DNA from: Eledone cirrhosa
Lineage: Eukaryota
Assembly (NCBI GenBank): GCA_964016885.1
Contig: OZ024740.1
Coordinates: 197,532,001 to 197,596,000 of the forward strand
Reading direction: 5' to 3'
Length of the DNA stretch: 64,000 bases
In this document: positions 38,701 through 53,700 of the stretch, piece after piece
Position numbering within the stretch: the first letter of the stretch is position 1
How the letters are laid out: each line of letters starts with the position of its first letter
Position numbers and translations under genes: made by a program
The notes under the pieces: generated by a model
Seen by the model: only the letters and a program-made list of their open reading frames with translations
Database searches by the model: none
What the model was told of the DNA's origin: nothing

Positions 38701-41700
38701 GTTGTTATTATCATTGTGGTGGTAGTAGTTGTTACTGTTGTTGTTGCTGTTGTTATTATCATTGCGGTGGTAGTAGTTGTTACTGTTGTTGTTGGTGTTG
38801 TTATTATCATTGCGGTGGTAGTAGTTGTTACTGTTGTTGTTGGTGATGTTATTATCATTGTGGTGGTAGTAGTTGTTACTGTTATTGTTGTTGGTGATGT
38901 GATTATCATTGTGGTGGTAGTAGTTGTTACTGTTGTTGTTGGTGTTGTTATTATCATTGTGGTGGTAATAGTTGTTACTGTTGTTGTTGGTGTTGTTATT
39001 ATCATTGTGGTGGTAGTAGTTGTTATTGTTGTTGTTGTTGGTGTTGTTATTATCATTGTGGTGGTAGTAGTTGTTATTGGTGTTGTTGGTGATGTTATTA
39101 TCATTGTGGTGGTAGTAGTTGTTACTGTTGTTGTTGTTGGTGATGTTATTATCATTGTGGTGGTAGTAGTTGTTACTGTTGTTGTTGTTGGTGTTGTTAT
39201 TATCATTGTGGTGGTAGTAGTTGTTACTGTTGTTGTTGTTGTTGTTGGTGTTATTATCATTGTGGTGGTAGTAGTTGTTACTGTTGTTGTTGTTGGTGTT
39301 GTTATTATCATTGTGGTGGTAGTAGTTGTTACTGTTGTTGTTGTTGGTGTTGTTATTATCATTGTGGTGGTAGTAGTTGTTACTGTTGTTGTTGTTGTTG
39401 GTGATGTTATTATCATTGTGGTGGTAGTAGTTGTTACTGTTGTTGTTGTTGGTGTTGTTATTATCATTGTGGTGGTAGTAGTTGTTATTGTTGTTGTTGT
39501 TGGTGTTGTTATTATCATTGTGGTGGTAGTAGTTGTTACTGTTGTTGTTGTTGGTGTTGTTATTATCATTGTGGTGGTAGTAGTTGTTATTGTTGTTGTT
39601 GTTGGTGATGTTATTATCATTGTGGTGGTAGTAGTTGTTACTGTTGTTGTTGTTGGTGATGTTATTATCATTGTGGTGGTAGTAGTTGTTATTGTTGTTG
39701 TTGTTGGTGTTGTTATTATCATTGTGGTGGTAGTAGTTGTTATTGTTGTTGTTGTTGGTGATGTTATTAACATTGTGGTGGTAGTAGTTGTTATTGTTGT
39801 TGTTGTTGGTGATGTTATTATCATTGTGGTGGTAGTAGTTGTTATTGTTGTTGTTGTTGGTGATGTTATTATCATTGTGGTGGTAGTAGTTGTTACTGTT
39901 GTTGTTGGTGTTGTTATTATCATTGTGGTGGTAGTAGTTGTTATTGTTGTTGTTGTTGGTGTTGTTATTATCATTGTGGTGGTAGTAGTTGTTACTGTTG
40001 TTGTTGGTGTTGTTATTATCATTGTGGTGGTAGTAGTTGTTACTGTTGTTGTTGGTGTTGTTATTATCATTGTGGTGGTAGTAGTTGTTACTGTTGTTGT
40101 TGGTGTTGTTATTATCATTGCGGTGGTAGTAGTTGTTACTGTTGTTGTTGGTGTTGTTATTATCATTGCGGTGGTAGTAGTTGTTACTGTTGTTGTTGGT
40201 GATGTTATTATCATTGTGGTGGTAGTAGTTGTTACTGTTATTGTTGTTGGTGATGTGATTATCATTGTGGTGGTAGTAGTTGTTACTGTTGTTGTTGGTG
40301 TTGTTATTATCATTGTGGTGGTAGTAGTTGTTACTGTTGTTGTTGGTGTTGTTATTATCATTGTGGTGGTAGTAGTTGTTACTGTTGTTGTTGTTGTTGG
40401 TGTTATTATCATCATTGTGGTGGTAGTAGTTGCTACTGTTGTTGTTGTTGGTGTTGTTATTATCATTGTGGTGGTAGTAGTTGTTACTGTTGTTGTTGTT
40501 GGTGTTGTTATTATCATTGTGGTGGTAGTAGTTGTTACTGTTGTTGTTGTTGGGGTTGTTATTATAATTGTGGTGGTAGTAGTTGTTACTGTTGTTGTTG
40601 TTGTTGGTGTTATTATCATTGTGGTGGTAGTAGTTGTTACTGTTGTTGTTGTTGGTGTTGTTATTATCATTGTGGTGGTAGTAGTTGTTACTGTTGTTGT
40701 TGTTGGTGTTGTTATTATCATTGTGGTGGTAGTAGTTATTACTGTTGTTGTTGTTGTTGGTGATGTTATTATCATTGTGGTGGTAGTAGTTGTTACTGTT
40801 GTTGTTGTTGGTGTTGTTATTATCATTGTGGTGATAGTAGTTGTTACTGTTATTGTTGTTGGTGTTGTTATTATCATTGTGGTGGTAGTAGTTGTTACTG
40901 TTGTTGTTGGTGTTGTTATTATCATTGCGGTGGTAGTAGTTGTTACTGTTGTTGTTGGTGATGTTATTATCATTGTGGTGGTAGTAGTTGTTACTGTTAT
41001 TGTTGTTGGTGATGTGATTATCATTGTGGTGGTAGTAGTTGTTACTGTTGTTGTTGGTGTTGTTATTATCATTGTGGTGGTAGTAGTTGTTACTGTTGTT
41101 GTTGGTGTTGTTATTATCATTGTGGTGGTAGTAGTTGCTACTGTTGTTGTTGTTGGTGTTGTTATTATCATTGTGGTGGTAGTAGATGTTACTGTTGTTG
41201 TTGGTGATGTTGTTATTATCATTGTGGTGGTAGTAGTTGTTACTGTTGTTGTTGTTGGTGTTGTTATTATCATTTTGGTGGTAGTAGTTGTTACTGTTGT
41301 TGCTATTGGTGTTGTTATCATTGTGGTGGTAGTAGTTGTTACTGTTGTTGTTGGTGATGTTGTTATTATCATTGTGGTGGTAGTAGTTGTTATTGTTGTT
41401 GTTGTTGGTGATGTTATTATCATTGTGGTGGTAGTAGTTGTTACTGTTGTTGCTGTTGGCGTTGTTATTATCATTTTGGTGGTAGTAGTTGTTACTGTTG
41501 TTGTTGTTGGTGTTGTTATTATCATCGTGGTGGTAGTAGTTGTTACTGTTGTTGTTGTTGGTGTTGTTATTATCATTGTGGTGGTAGTAGTTGTTATTGT
41601 TGTTGTTGTTGGTGATGTTATTATCATTCTGGTCGTAGTAGTTGTTACTGTTGTTGTTGGTGATGTTATTATCATTGTGGTGGTAGTAGTTGTTACTGTT

Positions 41701-44700
41701 GTTGCTGTTGGTGTTGTTATTATCATTGTGGTGGTAGTAGTTGTTACTGTTGTTGTTGCTGTTGTTATTATCATTGCGGTGGTAGTAGTTGTTACTGTTG
41801 TTGTTGGTGTTGTTATTATCATTGCGGTGGTAGTAGTTGTTACTGTTGTTGTTGGTGATGTTATTATCATTGTGGTGGTAGTAGTTGTTACTGTTATTGT
41901 TGTTGGTGATGTGATTATCATTGTGGTGGTAGTAGTTGTTACTGTTGTTGTTGGTGTTGTTATTATCATTGTGGTGGTAATAGTTGTTACTGTTGTTGTT
42001 GGTGTTGTTATTATCATTGTGGTGGTAGTAGTTGTTATTGTTGTTGTTGTTGGTGTTGTTATTATCATTGTGGTGGTAGTAGTTGTTATTGGTGTTGTTG
42101 GTGATGTTATTATCATTGTGGTGGTAGTAGTTGTTACTGTTGTTGTTGTTGGTGATGTTATTATCATTGTGGTGGTAGTAGTTGTTACTGTTGTTGTTGT
42201 TGGTGTTGTTATTATCATTGTGGTGGTAGTAGTTGTTACTGTTGTTGTTGTTGTTGTTGGTGTTATTATCATTGTGGTGGTAGTAGTTGTTACTGTTGTT
42301 GTTGTTGGTGTTGTTATTATCATTGTGGTGGTAGTAGTTGTTACTGTTGTTGTTGTTGGTGTTGTTATTATCATTGTGGTGGTAGTAGTTGTTACTGTTG
42401 TTGTTGTTGTTGGTGATGTTATTATCATTGTGGTGGTAGTAGTTGTTACTGTTGTTGTTGTTGGTGTTGTTATTATCATTGTGGTGGTAGTAGTTGTTAT
42501 TGTTGTTGTTGTTGGTGTTGTTATTATCATTGTGGTGGTAGTAGTTGTTACTGTTGTTGTTGTTGGTGTTGTTATTATCATTGTGGTGGTAGTAGTTGTT
42601 ATTGTTGTTGTTGTTGGTGTTGTTATTATCATTGTGGTAGTAGTAGTTGTTACTGTTGTTGTTGGTGTTGTTATTATCATTGTGGTGGTAGTAGTTGTTA
42701 CTGTTGTTGTTGTTGGTGATGTTATTATCATTGTGGTGGTAGTAGTTGTTATTGTTGTTGTTGGTGTTGTTATTATCATTGTGGTGGTAGTAGTTGTTAC
42801 TGTTGTTGTTGGTGATGTTGTTATTATCATTGTGGTGGTAGTAGTTGTTACTGTTGTTGTTGTTGGTGTTGTTATTATCATTTTGGTGGTAGTAGTTGTT
42901 ACTGTTGTTGCTATTGGTGTTGTTATCATTGTGGTGGTAGTAGTTGTTACTGTTGTTGTTGGTGATGTTGTTATTATCATTGTGGTGGTAGTAGTTGTTA
43001 TTGTTGTTGTTGTTGGTGATGTTATTATCATTGTGGTGGTAGTAGTTGTTACTGTTGTTGCTGTTGGCGTTGTTATTATCATTTTGGTGGTAGTAGTTGT
43101 TACTGTTGTTGTTGTTGGTGTCGTTATTATCATCGTGGTGGTAGTAGTTGTTACTGTTGTTGTTGTTGGTGTTGTTATTATCATTGTGGTGGTAGTAGTT
43201 GTTATTGTTGTTGTTGTTGGTGATGTTATTATCATTCTGGTCGTAGTAGTTGTTACTGTTGTTGTTGGTCATGTTATTATCATTGTGGTGGTAGTAGTTG
43301 TTACTGTTGTTGCTGTTGGTGTTGTTATTATCATTGTGGTGGTAGTAGTTGTTACTGTTGTTGTTGCTGTTGTTATTATCATTGCGGTGGTAGTAGTTGT
43401 TACTGTTGTTGTTGGTGTTGTTATTATCATTGCGGTGGTAGTAGTTGTTACTGTTGTTGTTGGTGATGTTATTATCATTGTGGTGGTAGTAGTTGTTACT
43501 GTTGTTGTTGGTGTTGTTATTATCATTGTGGTGGTAGTAGTTGCTACTGTTGTTGTTGTTGGTGTTGTTATTATCATTGTGGTGGTAGTAGTTGTTACTG
43601 TTATTGTTGTTGGTGATGTGATTATCATTGTGGTGGTAGTAGTTGTTACTGTTGTTGTTGGTGTTGTTATTATCATTGTGGTGGTAGTAGTTGTTACTGT
43701 TATTGTTGTTGGTGATGTGATTATCATTGCGGTGGTAGTAGTTGTTACTGTTGTTGTTGGTGATGTTATTATCATTGTGGTGGTAGTAGTTGTTACTGTT
43801 GTTGTTGTTGGTGTTGTTATTATCATTGTGGTGGTAGTAGTTGCTACTGTTGTTGTTGTTGGTGTTGTTATTATCATTGTGGTGGTAGTAGTTGTTACTG
43901 TTATTGTTGTTGGTGATGTGATTATCATTGTGGTGGTAGTAGTTGTTACTGTTGTTGTTGGTGTTGTTATTATCATTGTGGTGGTAATAGTTGTTACTGT
44001 TGTTGTTGGTGTTGTTATTATCATTGTGGTGGTAGTAGTTGTTATTGTTGTTGTTGTTGGTGTTGTTATTATCATTGTGGTGGTAGTAGTTGTTATTGGT
44101 GTTGTTGGTGATGTTATTATCATTGTGGTGGTAGTAGTTGTTACTGTTGTTGTTGTTGGTGATGTTATTATCATTGTGGTGGTAGTAGTTGTTACTGTTG
44201 TTGTTGTTGGTGTTGTTATTATCATTGTGGTGGTAGTAGTTGTTACTGTTGTTGTTGTTGTTGTTGGTGTTATTATCATTGTGGTGGTAGTAGTTGTTAC
44301 TGTTGTTGTTGTTGGTGTTGTTATTATCATTGTGGTGGTAGTAGTTGTTACTGTTGTTGTTGTTGGTGTTGTTATTATCATTGTGGTGGTAGTAGTTGTT
44401 ACTGTTGTTGTTGTTGTTGGTGATGTTATTATCATTGTGGTGGTAGTAGTTGTTACTGTTGTTGTTGTTGGTGTTGTTATTATCATTGTGGTGGTAGTAG
44501 TTGTTATTGTTGTTGTTGTTGGTGTTGTTATTATCATTGTGGTGGTAGTAGTTGTTACTGTTGTTGTTGTTGGTGTTGTTATTATCATTGTGGTGGTAGT
44601 AGTTGTTATTGTTGTTGTTGTTGGTGTTGTTATTATCATTGTGGTAGTAGTAGTTGTTACTGTTGTTGTTGGTGTTGCTATTATCATTGTGGTGGTAGTA

Positions 44701-47700
44701 GTTGTTACTGTTGTTGTTGTTGGTGATGTTATTATCATTGTGGTGGTAGTAGTTGTTATTGTTGTTGTTGGTGTTGTTATTATCATTGTGGTGGTAGTAG
44801 TTATTATTGTTGTTGTTGTTGGTGTTGTTATTATCATTGTGGTGGTATTAGTTGTTACTGTTGTTGTTGTTGGTGTTGTTATTATCATTGTGGTGGCAGT
44901 AGTTGTTATTGTTGTTGTTGTTGGTGTTGTTATTATCATTGTTGTGGTAGTAGTTGTTACTGTTGTTGTTTGTGTTGTTATTATCATTGTGGTGGTAGTA
45001 GTTGTTACTGTTGTTGTTGTTGGTGTTGTTATTATCATTGTGGTGGCAGTAGTTGTTATTGTTGTTGTTGTTGGTGTTGTTATTATCATTGTTGTGGTAG
45101 TAGTTGTTACTGTTGTTGTTTGTGTTGTTATTATCATTGTGGTGGTAGTAGTTGTTACTGTTGTTGTTGTTGGTGTTGTTATTATCATTGTGGTGGTAGT
45201 AGTTGTTACTGTTGTTGTTGTTGGTGTTGTTATTATCATTGTGGTGGTAGTAGTTGTTATTGTTGTTGTTGGTGTTGTTATTATCATTGTGGTGGTAGTA
45301 GTTGTTACTGTTGTTGTTGGTGTTGTTATTATCATTGCGGTGGTAGTAGTTGTTATTGTTGTTGTTGGTGTTGTTATTATCATTGTGGTGGTAGTAGTTG
45401 TTATTGTTGTTGTTGTTGGTGTTATTATCATTGTGGTGGTAGTAGTTGTTACTGTTGTTGTTGTTGGTGATGTTATTATCATTGTGGTAGTAGTAGTTGT
45501 TACTGTTGTTGTTGTTGGTGTTGTTATTATCATTGTGGTGGTAGTAGTTGTTATTGTTGTTGTTGGTGTTGTTATTATCATTGTGGTGGTAGTAGTTGTT
45601 ACTGTTGTTGTTGTTGGTGTTGTTATTGTCATTGTGGTGGTAGTAGTTGTTATTGTTGTTGTTGTTGGTGTTGTTATTGTCATTGTGGTGGTAGTAGTTG
45701 TTACTGTTGTTGTTGTTGTTGTTGGTGTTGTTATTATCATTGTGGTGGTAGTAGTTGTTACTGTTGTTGTTGTTGGTGATGTTATTATCATTTTGGTGGT
45801 AGTAGTTGTTACTGTTGTTGTTGTTGGTGATGTTATTATCATTTTGGTGGTAGTAGTTGTTACTGTTGTTGTTGTTGGTGACGTTATTATCATTTTGGTG
45901 GTAGTAGTTGTTATTGTTGTTGTTGTTGGTGTTGTTATTGTCATTGTGGTGGTAGTAGTTGTTACTGTTGTTGTTGTTGTTGTTGGTGTTGTTATTGTCA
46001 TTGTGGTGGTAGTAGTTGTTACTGTTGTTGTTGTTGTTGGTGTTGTTATTATCATTGTGGTGGTAGTAGTTGTTATTGTTGTTGTTGTTGGTGTTGTTAT
46101 TATCATTGTGGTGGTAGTAGTTGTTACTGTTGTTGTTGTTGGTGATGTTGTTATTATCATTGTGGTGGTAGTAGTTGTTACTGTTGTTGTTGTTGGTGTT
46201 GTTATTATCATTTTGGTGGTAGTAGTTGTTTCTGTTGTTGTTGTTGGTGTTGTTATTATCATTTTGGTGGTAGTAGTTGTTACTGTTGTTGTTGTTGGTG
46301 ATGTTGTTATTATCATTGTGGTGGTAGTAGTTGTTACTGTTGTTGTTGGTGTTGTTATTATCATTTTGGTGGTAGTAGTTGTTACTGTTGTTGCTATTGG
46401 TGTTGTTATCATTGTGGTGGTAGTAGTTGTTACTTTTGTTGTTGGTGATGTTGTTATTATCATTGTGGTGGTAGTAGTTGTTATTGTTGTTGTTGTTGGT
46501 GATGTTATTATCATTGTGGTGGTAGTAGTTGTTACTGTTGTTGCTGTTGGCGTTGTTATTATCATTTTGGTGGTAGTAGTTGTTACTGTTGTTGTTGTTG
46601 GTGTTGTTATTATCATTGTGGTGGTAGTAGTTTTTACTGTTGTTGTTGTTGGTGTTGTTATTATCATTGTGGTGGTAGTAGTTGTTATTGTTGTTGTTGT
46701 TGGTGATATTATTATCATTCTGGTCGTAGTAGTTGTTACTGTTGTTGTTGGTGATGTTATTATCATTGTGGTGGTAGTAGTTGTTACTGTTGTTGCTGTT
46801 GGTGTTGTTATTATCATTGTGGTGGTAGTAGTTGTTACTGTTGTTGTTGGTGTTGTTATTATCATTGCGGTGGTAGTAGTTGTTACTGTTTTTGTTGGTG
46901 TTGTTATTATCATTGCGGTGGTAGTAGTTGTTACTGTTGTTGTTGGTGATGTTATTATCATTGTGGTGGTAGTAGTTGCTACTGTTATTGTTGTTGGTGA
47001 TGTGATTATCATTGTGGTGGTAGTAGTTGTTACTCTTGTTGTTGGTGTTGTTATTATCATTGTGGTGGTAGTAGTTGTTACTGTTGTTGTTGGTGTTGTT
47101 ATTATCATTGTGGTGGTAGTAGTTGTTATTGTTGTTGTTGTTGTTGTTGTTATTATCATTGTGGTGGTAGTAGTTGTTATTGTTGTTGTTGGTGATGTTA
47201 TTATTATTGTGGTGGTAGTAGTTGTTACTGTTGTTGTTGTTGGTGATGTTATTATCATTGTGGTGGTAGTAGTTGTTACTGTTGTTGTTGTTGGTGTTGT
47301 TATTATCATTGTGGTGGTAGTAGTTGTTACTGTTGTTGTTGTTGTTGTTGGTGTTATTATCATTGTGGTGGTAGTAGTTGTTACTGTTGTTGTTGTTGGT
47401 GTTGTTATTATCATTGTGGTGGTAGTAGTTGTTACTGTTGTTGTTGTTGGTGTTGTTATTATCATTGTGGTGGTAGTAGTTGTTACTGTTGTTGTTGTTG
47501 TTGGTGATGTTATTATCATTGTGGTGGTTGTAGTTGTTACTTTTGTTGTTGTTGGTGTTGTTATTATCATTGTGGTGGTAGTATTTGTTATTGTTGTTGT
47601 TGTTGGTGTTGTTATTATCATTGTGGTGGTAGTAGTTGTTACTGTTGTTGTTGTTGGTGTTGTTATTATCATTGTGGTGGTAGTAGTTGTTATTGTTGTT

Positions 47701-50700
47701 GTTGTTGGTGTTGTTATTATCATTGTGGTAGTAGTAGTTGTTACTGTTGTTGTTGGTGTTGTTATTATCATTGTGGTGGTAGTAGTTGTTACTGTTGTTG
47801 TTGTTGGTGATGTTATTATCATTGTGGTGGTAGTAGTTGTTATTGTTGTTGTTGGTGTTGTTATTATCATTGTGGTGGTAGTAGTTGTTATTGTTGTTGT
47901 TGTTGGTGTTGTTATTATCATTGTAGTGGCAGTAGTTGTTATTGTTGTTGTTGTTGGTGTTGTTATTATCATTGTGGTGGTAGTAGTTGTTACTGTTGTT
48001 GTTGTTGGTGTTGTTATTATCATTGTGGTGGTAGTAGTTTTATTGTTGTTGTTGGTGTTGTTATTATCATTGTGGTGGTAGTAGTTGTTACTGTTGTTGT
48101 TGGTGTTGTTATTATCATTGTGGTGGTAGTAGTTGTTACTGTTGTTGTTGTTGGTGTTGTTATTATCATTGTGGTGGTAGTAGTTGTTACTGTTGTTGTT
48201 GTTGGTGTTGTTATTATCATTGTGGTGGTAGTAGTTGTTACTGTTGTTGGTGTTGGTGTTGTTATTATCATTGTGGTGGTAGTAGTTGTTACTGTTGTTG
48301 TTTGTGTTGTTATTATCATTGTGGTGGTAGTAGTTGTTACTGTTGTTGTTGTTGGTGTTGTTATTATCATTGTGGTGGTAGTAGTTGTTACTGTTGTTGT
48401 TGTTGGTGTTGTTATTATCATTGTGGTGGTAGTAGTTGTTATTGTTGTTGTTGGTGTTGTTATTATCATTGTGGTGGTAGTAGTTGTTACTGTTGTTGTT
48501 GGTGTTGTTATTATCATTGCGGTGGTAGTAGTTGTTATTGTTGTTGTTGGTGTTGTTATTATCATTGTGGTGGTAGTAGTTGTTATTGTTGTTGTTGTTG
48601 GTGTTATTATCATTGTGGTGGTAGTAGTTGTTACTGTTGTTGTTGTTGGTGATGTTATTATCATTGTGGTAGTAGTAGTTGTTACTGTTGTTGTTGTTGG
48701 TGTTGTTATTATCATTGTGGTGGTAGTAGTTGTTATTGTTGTTGTTGGTGTTGTTATTATCATTGTGGTGGTAGTAGTTGTTACTGTTGTTGTTGTTGGT
48801 GTTGTTATTGTCATTGTGGTGGTAGTAGTTGTTACTGTTGTTGTTGTTGTTGGTGATGTTATTATCATTGTGGTGGTAGTAGTTGTTATTGTTGTTGTTG
48901 TTGGTGATGTTATTATCATTTTGGTGGTAGTAGTTGTTACTGTTGTTGTTGTTGGTGATGTTATTGTCATTGTGGTGGTAGTAGTTGTTACTGTTGTTGT
49001 TGTTGTTGTTGGTGTTGTTATTGTCATTGTGGTGGTAGTAGTTGTTACTGTTGTTGTTGTTGTTGGTGTTGTTATTATCATTGTGGTGGTAGTAGTTGTT
49101 ATTGTTGTTGTTGTTGGTGTTGTTATTATCATTGTGGTGGTAGTAGTTGTTACTGTTGTTGTTGTTGGTGATGTTATTATCATTGTGGTGGTAGTAGTTG
49201 TTACTGTTGTTGTTGTTGGTGTTGTTATTATCATTGTGGTGGTAGTAGTTGTTACTGTTGTTGTTGTTGTTGTTGGTGTTATTATCATTGTGGTGGTAGT
49301 AGTTGTTACTGTTGTTGTTGTTGGTGTTGTTATTATCATTGTGGTGGTAGTAGTTGTTACTGTTGTTGTTGTTGGTGTTGTTATTGTCATTGTGGTGGTA
49401 GTAGTTGTTACTGTTGTTGTTGTTGTTGTTGGTGTTATTATCATTGTGGTGGTAGTAGTTGTTACTGTTGTTGTTGTTGGTGTTGTTATTATCATTGTGG
49501 TGGTAGTAGTTGTTACTGTTGTTGTTGTTGGTGTTGTTATTCTCATTGTGGTGGTAGTAGTTGTTACTGTTGTTGTTGTTGTTGTTGGTGTTGTTATTAT
49601 CATTGTGGTGGTAGTAGTTGTTACTGTTGTTGTTGTTGGTGATGTTATTATCATTTTGGTGGTAGTAGTTGTTACTGTTGTTGTTGTTGGTGATGTTATT
49701 ATCATTTTGGTGGTAGTAGTTGTTACTGTTGTTGTTGTTGGTGATGTTATTATCATTTTGGTGGTAGTAGTTGTTATTGTTGTTGTTGTTGGTGTTGTTA
49801 TTGTCATTGTGGTGGTAGTAGTTGTTACTGTTGTTGTTGTTGTTGTTGGTGTTGTTATTGTCATTGTGGTGGTAGTAGTTGTTACTGTTGTTGTTGTTGT
49901 TGGTGTTGTTATTATCATTGTGGTGGTAGTAGTTGTTATTGTTGTTGTTGTTGGTGTTGTTATTATCATTGTGGTGGTAGTAGTTGTTACTGTTGTTGTT
50001 GTTGGTGTTGTTATTATCATTTTGGTGGTAGTAGTTGTTACTGTTGTTGTTGTTGGTGTTGTTATTATCATTTTGGTGGTAGTAGTTGTTACTGTTGTTG
50101 TTGTTGGTGATGTTGTTATTATCATTGTGGTGGTAGTAGTTGTTACTGTTGTTGTTGTTGGTGTTGTTATTATCATTTTGGTGGTAGTAGTTGTTACTGT
50201 TGTTGCTATTGGTGTTGTTATCATTGTGGTGGTAGTAGTTGTTACTGTTGTTGTTGGTGATGTTGTTATTATCATTGTGGTGGTAGTAGTTGTTATTGTT
50301 GTTGTTGTTGGTGATGTTATTATCATTGTGGTGGTAGTAGTTGTTACTGTTGTTGCTGTTGGCGTTGTTATTATCATTTTGGTGGTAGTAGTTGTTACTG
50401 TTGTTGTTGTTGGTGTTGTTATTATCATTGTGGTGGTAGTAGTTTTTACTGTTGTTGTTGTTGGTGTTGTTATTATCATTGTGGTGGTAGTAGTTGTTAT
50501 TGTTGTTGTTGTTGGTGATATTATTATCATTCTGGTCGTAGTAGTTGTTACTGTTGTTGTTGGTGATGTTATTATCATTGTGGTGGTAGTAGTTGTTACT
50601 GTTGTTGCTGTTGGTGTTGTTATTATCATTGTGGTGGTAGTAGTTGTTACTGTTGTTGTTGGTGTTGTTATTATCATTGCGGTGTTAGTAGTTGTTACTG

Positions 50701-53700
50701 TTTTTGTTGGTGTTGTTATTATCATTGCGGTGGTAGTAGTTGTTACTGTTGTTGTTGGTGATGTTATTATCATTGTGGTGGTAGTAGTTGCTACTGTTAT
50801 TGTTGTTGGTGATGTGATTATCATTTTGGTGGTAGTAGTTGTTACTCTTGTTGTTGGTGTTGTTATTATCATTGTGGTGGTAGTAGTTGTTACTGTTGTT
50901 GTTGTTGTTGTTGTTATTATCATTGTGGTGGTAGTAGTTGTTATTGTTGTTGTTGGTGATGTTATTATTATTGTGGTGGTAGTAGTTGTTACTGTTGTTG
51001 TTGTTGGTGATGTTATTATCATTGTGGTGGTAGTAGTTGTTACTGTTGTTGTTGTTGGTGTTGTTATTATCATTGTGGTGGTAGTAGTTGTTACTGTTGT
51101 TGTTGTTGTTGTTGGTGTTATTATCATTGTGGTGGTAGTAGTTGTTACTGTTGTTGTTGTTGGTGTTGTTATTATCATTGTGGTGGTAGTAGTTGTTACT
51201 GTTGTTGTTGTTGGTGTTGTTATTATCATTGTGGTGGTAGTAGTTGTTACTGTTGTTGTTGTTGTTGGTGATGTTATTATCATTGTGGTGGTAGTAGTTG
51301 TTACTTTTGTTGTTGTTGGTGTTGTTATTATCATTGTGGTGGTAGTAGTTGTTATTGTTGTTGTTGTTGGTGTTGTTATTATCATTGTGGTGGTAGTAGT
51401 TGTTACTGTTGTTGTTGTTGGTGTTGTTATTATCATTGTGGTGGTAGTAGTTGTTATTGTTGTTGTTGTTGGTGTTGTTATTATCATTGTGGTAGTAGTA
51501 GTTGTTACTGTTGTTGTTGGTGTTGTTATTATCATTGTGGTGGTAGTAGTTGTTACTGTTGTTGTTGTTGGTGATGTTATTATCATTGTGGTGGTAGTAG
51601 TTGTTATTGTTGTTGTTGGTGTTGTTATTATCATTGTGGTGGTAGTAGTTGTTATTGTTGTTGTTGTTGGTGTTGTTATTATCAGTGTGGTGGCAGTAGT
51701 TGTTATTGTTGTTGTTGTTGGTGTTGTTATTATCATTGTGGTGGTAGTAGTTGTTACTGTTGTTGTTGTTGGTGTTGTTATTATCATTGTGGTGGTAGTA
51801 GTTGTTATTGTTGTTGTTGGTGTTGTTATTATCATTGTGGTGGTAGTAGTTGTTACTGTTGTTGTTGGTGTTGTTATTATCATTGAAGTGGTAGTAGTTG
51901 TTATTGTTGTTGTTGGTGTTGTTATTATCATTGTGGTGGTAGTAGTTGTTACTGTTGTTGTTGTTGGTGTTGTTATTATCATTGTGGTGGTAGTAGTTGT
52001 TATTGTTGTTGTTGTTGGTGATGTTATTATCATTGTGGTGGTAGTAGTTGTTACTGTTGTTGTTGTTGGTGTTGTTATTATCATTGTGGTGGTAGTAGTT
52101 GTTATTGTTGTTGTTGTTGGTGATGTTATTATCATTGTGGTGGTAGTAGTTGTTACTGTTGTTGTTGTTGGTGATGTTATTATCATTGTGGTGGTAGTAG
52201 TTGTTATTGTTGTTGTTGTTGGTGATGTTATTATCATTGTGGTGGTAGTAGTTGTTACTGTTGTTGTTGGTGATGTTATTATCATTGTGGTGGTAGTAGT
52301 TGTTATTGTTGTTGTTGTTGGTGTTGTTATTATCATTGTGGTGGTAGTAGTTGTTACTGTTGTTGTTGGTGTTGTTATTATCATTGTGGTGGTAGTAGTT
52401 GTTACTGTTGTTGTTGGTGTTGTTATTATCATTGTGGTGGTAGTAGTTGTTACTGTTGTTGTTGGTGTTGTTATTATCATTGCGGTGGTAGTAGTTGTTA
52501 CTGTTGTTGTTGGTGTTGTTATTATCATTGCGGTGGTAGTAGTTGTTACTGTTGTTGTTGGTGATGTTATTATCATTGTGGTGGTAGTAGTTGTTACTGT
52601 TATTGTTGTTGGTGATGTGATTATCATTGTGGTGGTAGTAGTTGTTACTGTTGTTGTTGGTGTTGTTATTATCATTGTGGTGGTAGTAGTTGTTACTGTT
52701 GTTGTTGTTGTTGGTGTTATTATCATCATTGTGGTGGTAGTAGTTGCTACTGTTGTTGTTGTTGGTGTTGTTATTATCATTGAGGTGGTAGTAGTTGTTA
52801 CTGTTGTTGTTGTTGGTGTTGTTATTATCATTGTGGTGGTAGTAGTTGTTACTGTTGTTGTTGTTGGTGTTGTTATTATAATTGTGGTGGTAGTAGTTGT
52901 TACTGTTGTTGTTGTTGTTGGTGTTATTATCATTGTGGTGGTAGTAGTTGTTACTGTTGTTGTTGTTGGTGTTGTTATTATCATTGTGGTGGTAGTAGTT
53001 GTTACTGTTGTTGTTGTTGGTGTTGTTATTATCATTGTGGTGGTAGTAGTTATTACTGTTGTTGTTGTTGTTGGTGATGTTATTATCATTGTGGTGGTAG
53101 TAGTTGTTACTGTTGTTGTTGTTGGTGTTGTTATTATCATTGTGGTGGTAGTAGTTGTTACTGTTATTGTTGTTGGTGATGTGATTATCCTTGTGGTGGT
53201 AGTATTTGTTACTGTTGTTGTTGGTGTTGTTATTATCATTGTGGTGGTAGTAGTTGTTACTGTTGTTGTTGTTGGTGATGTTATTATCATTGTGGTGGTA
53301 GTAGTTGTTATTGTTGTTGTTGGTGTTGTTATTATCATTGTGGTGGTAGTAGTTGTTATTGTTGTTGTTGTTGGTGTTGTTATTATCATTGTGGTGGCAG
53401 TAGTTGTCATTGTTGTTGTTGTTGGTGTTGTTATTATCATTGTGGTGGTAGTAGTTGTTACTGTTGTTGTTGGTGTTGTTATTATCATTGCAGTGGTAGT
53501 AGTTGTTATTGTTGTTGTTGGTGTTGTTATTATCATTGTGGTGGTAGTAGTTGTTACTGTTGTTGTTGTTGGTGTTGTTATTATCATTGTGGTGGTAGTA
53601 GTTGTTACTGTTTTTGTTGTTGGTGTTGTTATTATCATTGTGGCGGTAATTTGTTGTTACTGTTGTTGTTGGTGTTATTATTATCATTGTGGTGGTAGTA

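Noticed and set aside
44970-48652. Cys-rich (CCYYHCGGSS)n ORFs resembling metallothionein or keratin-associated proteins
   Set aside because: They are the third frame of the same satellite and are interrupted by TGA at every GGTGAT variant.
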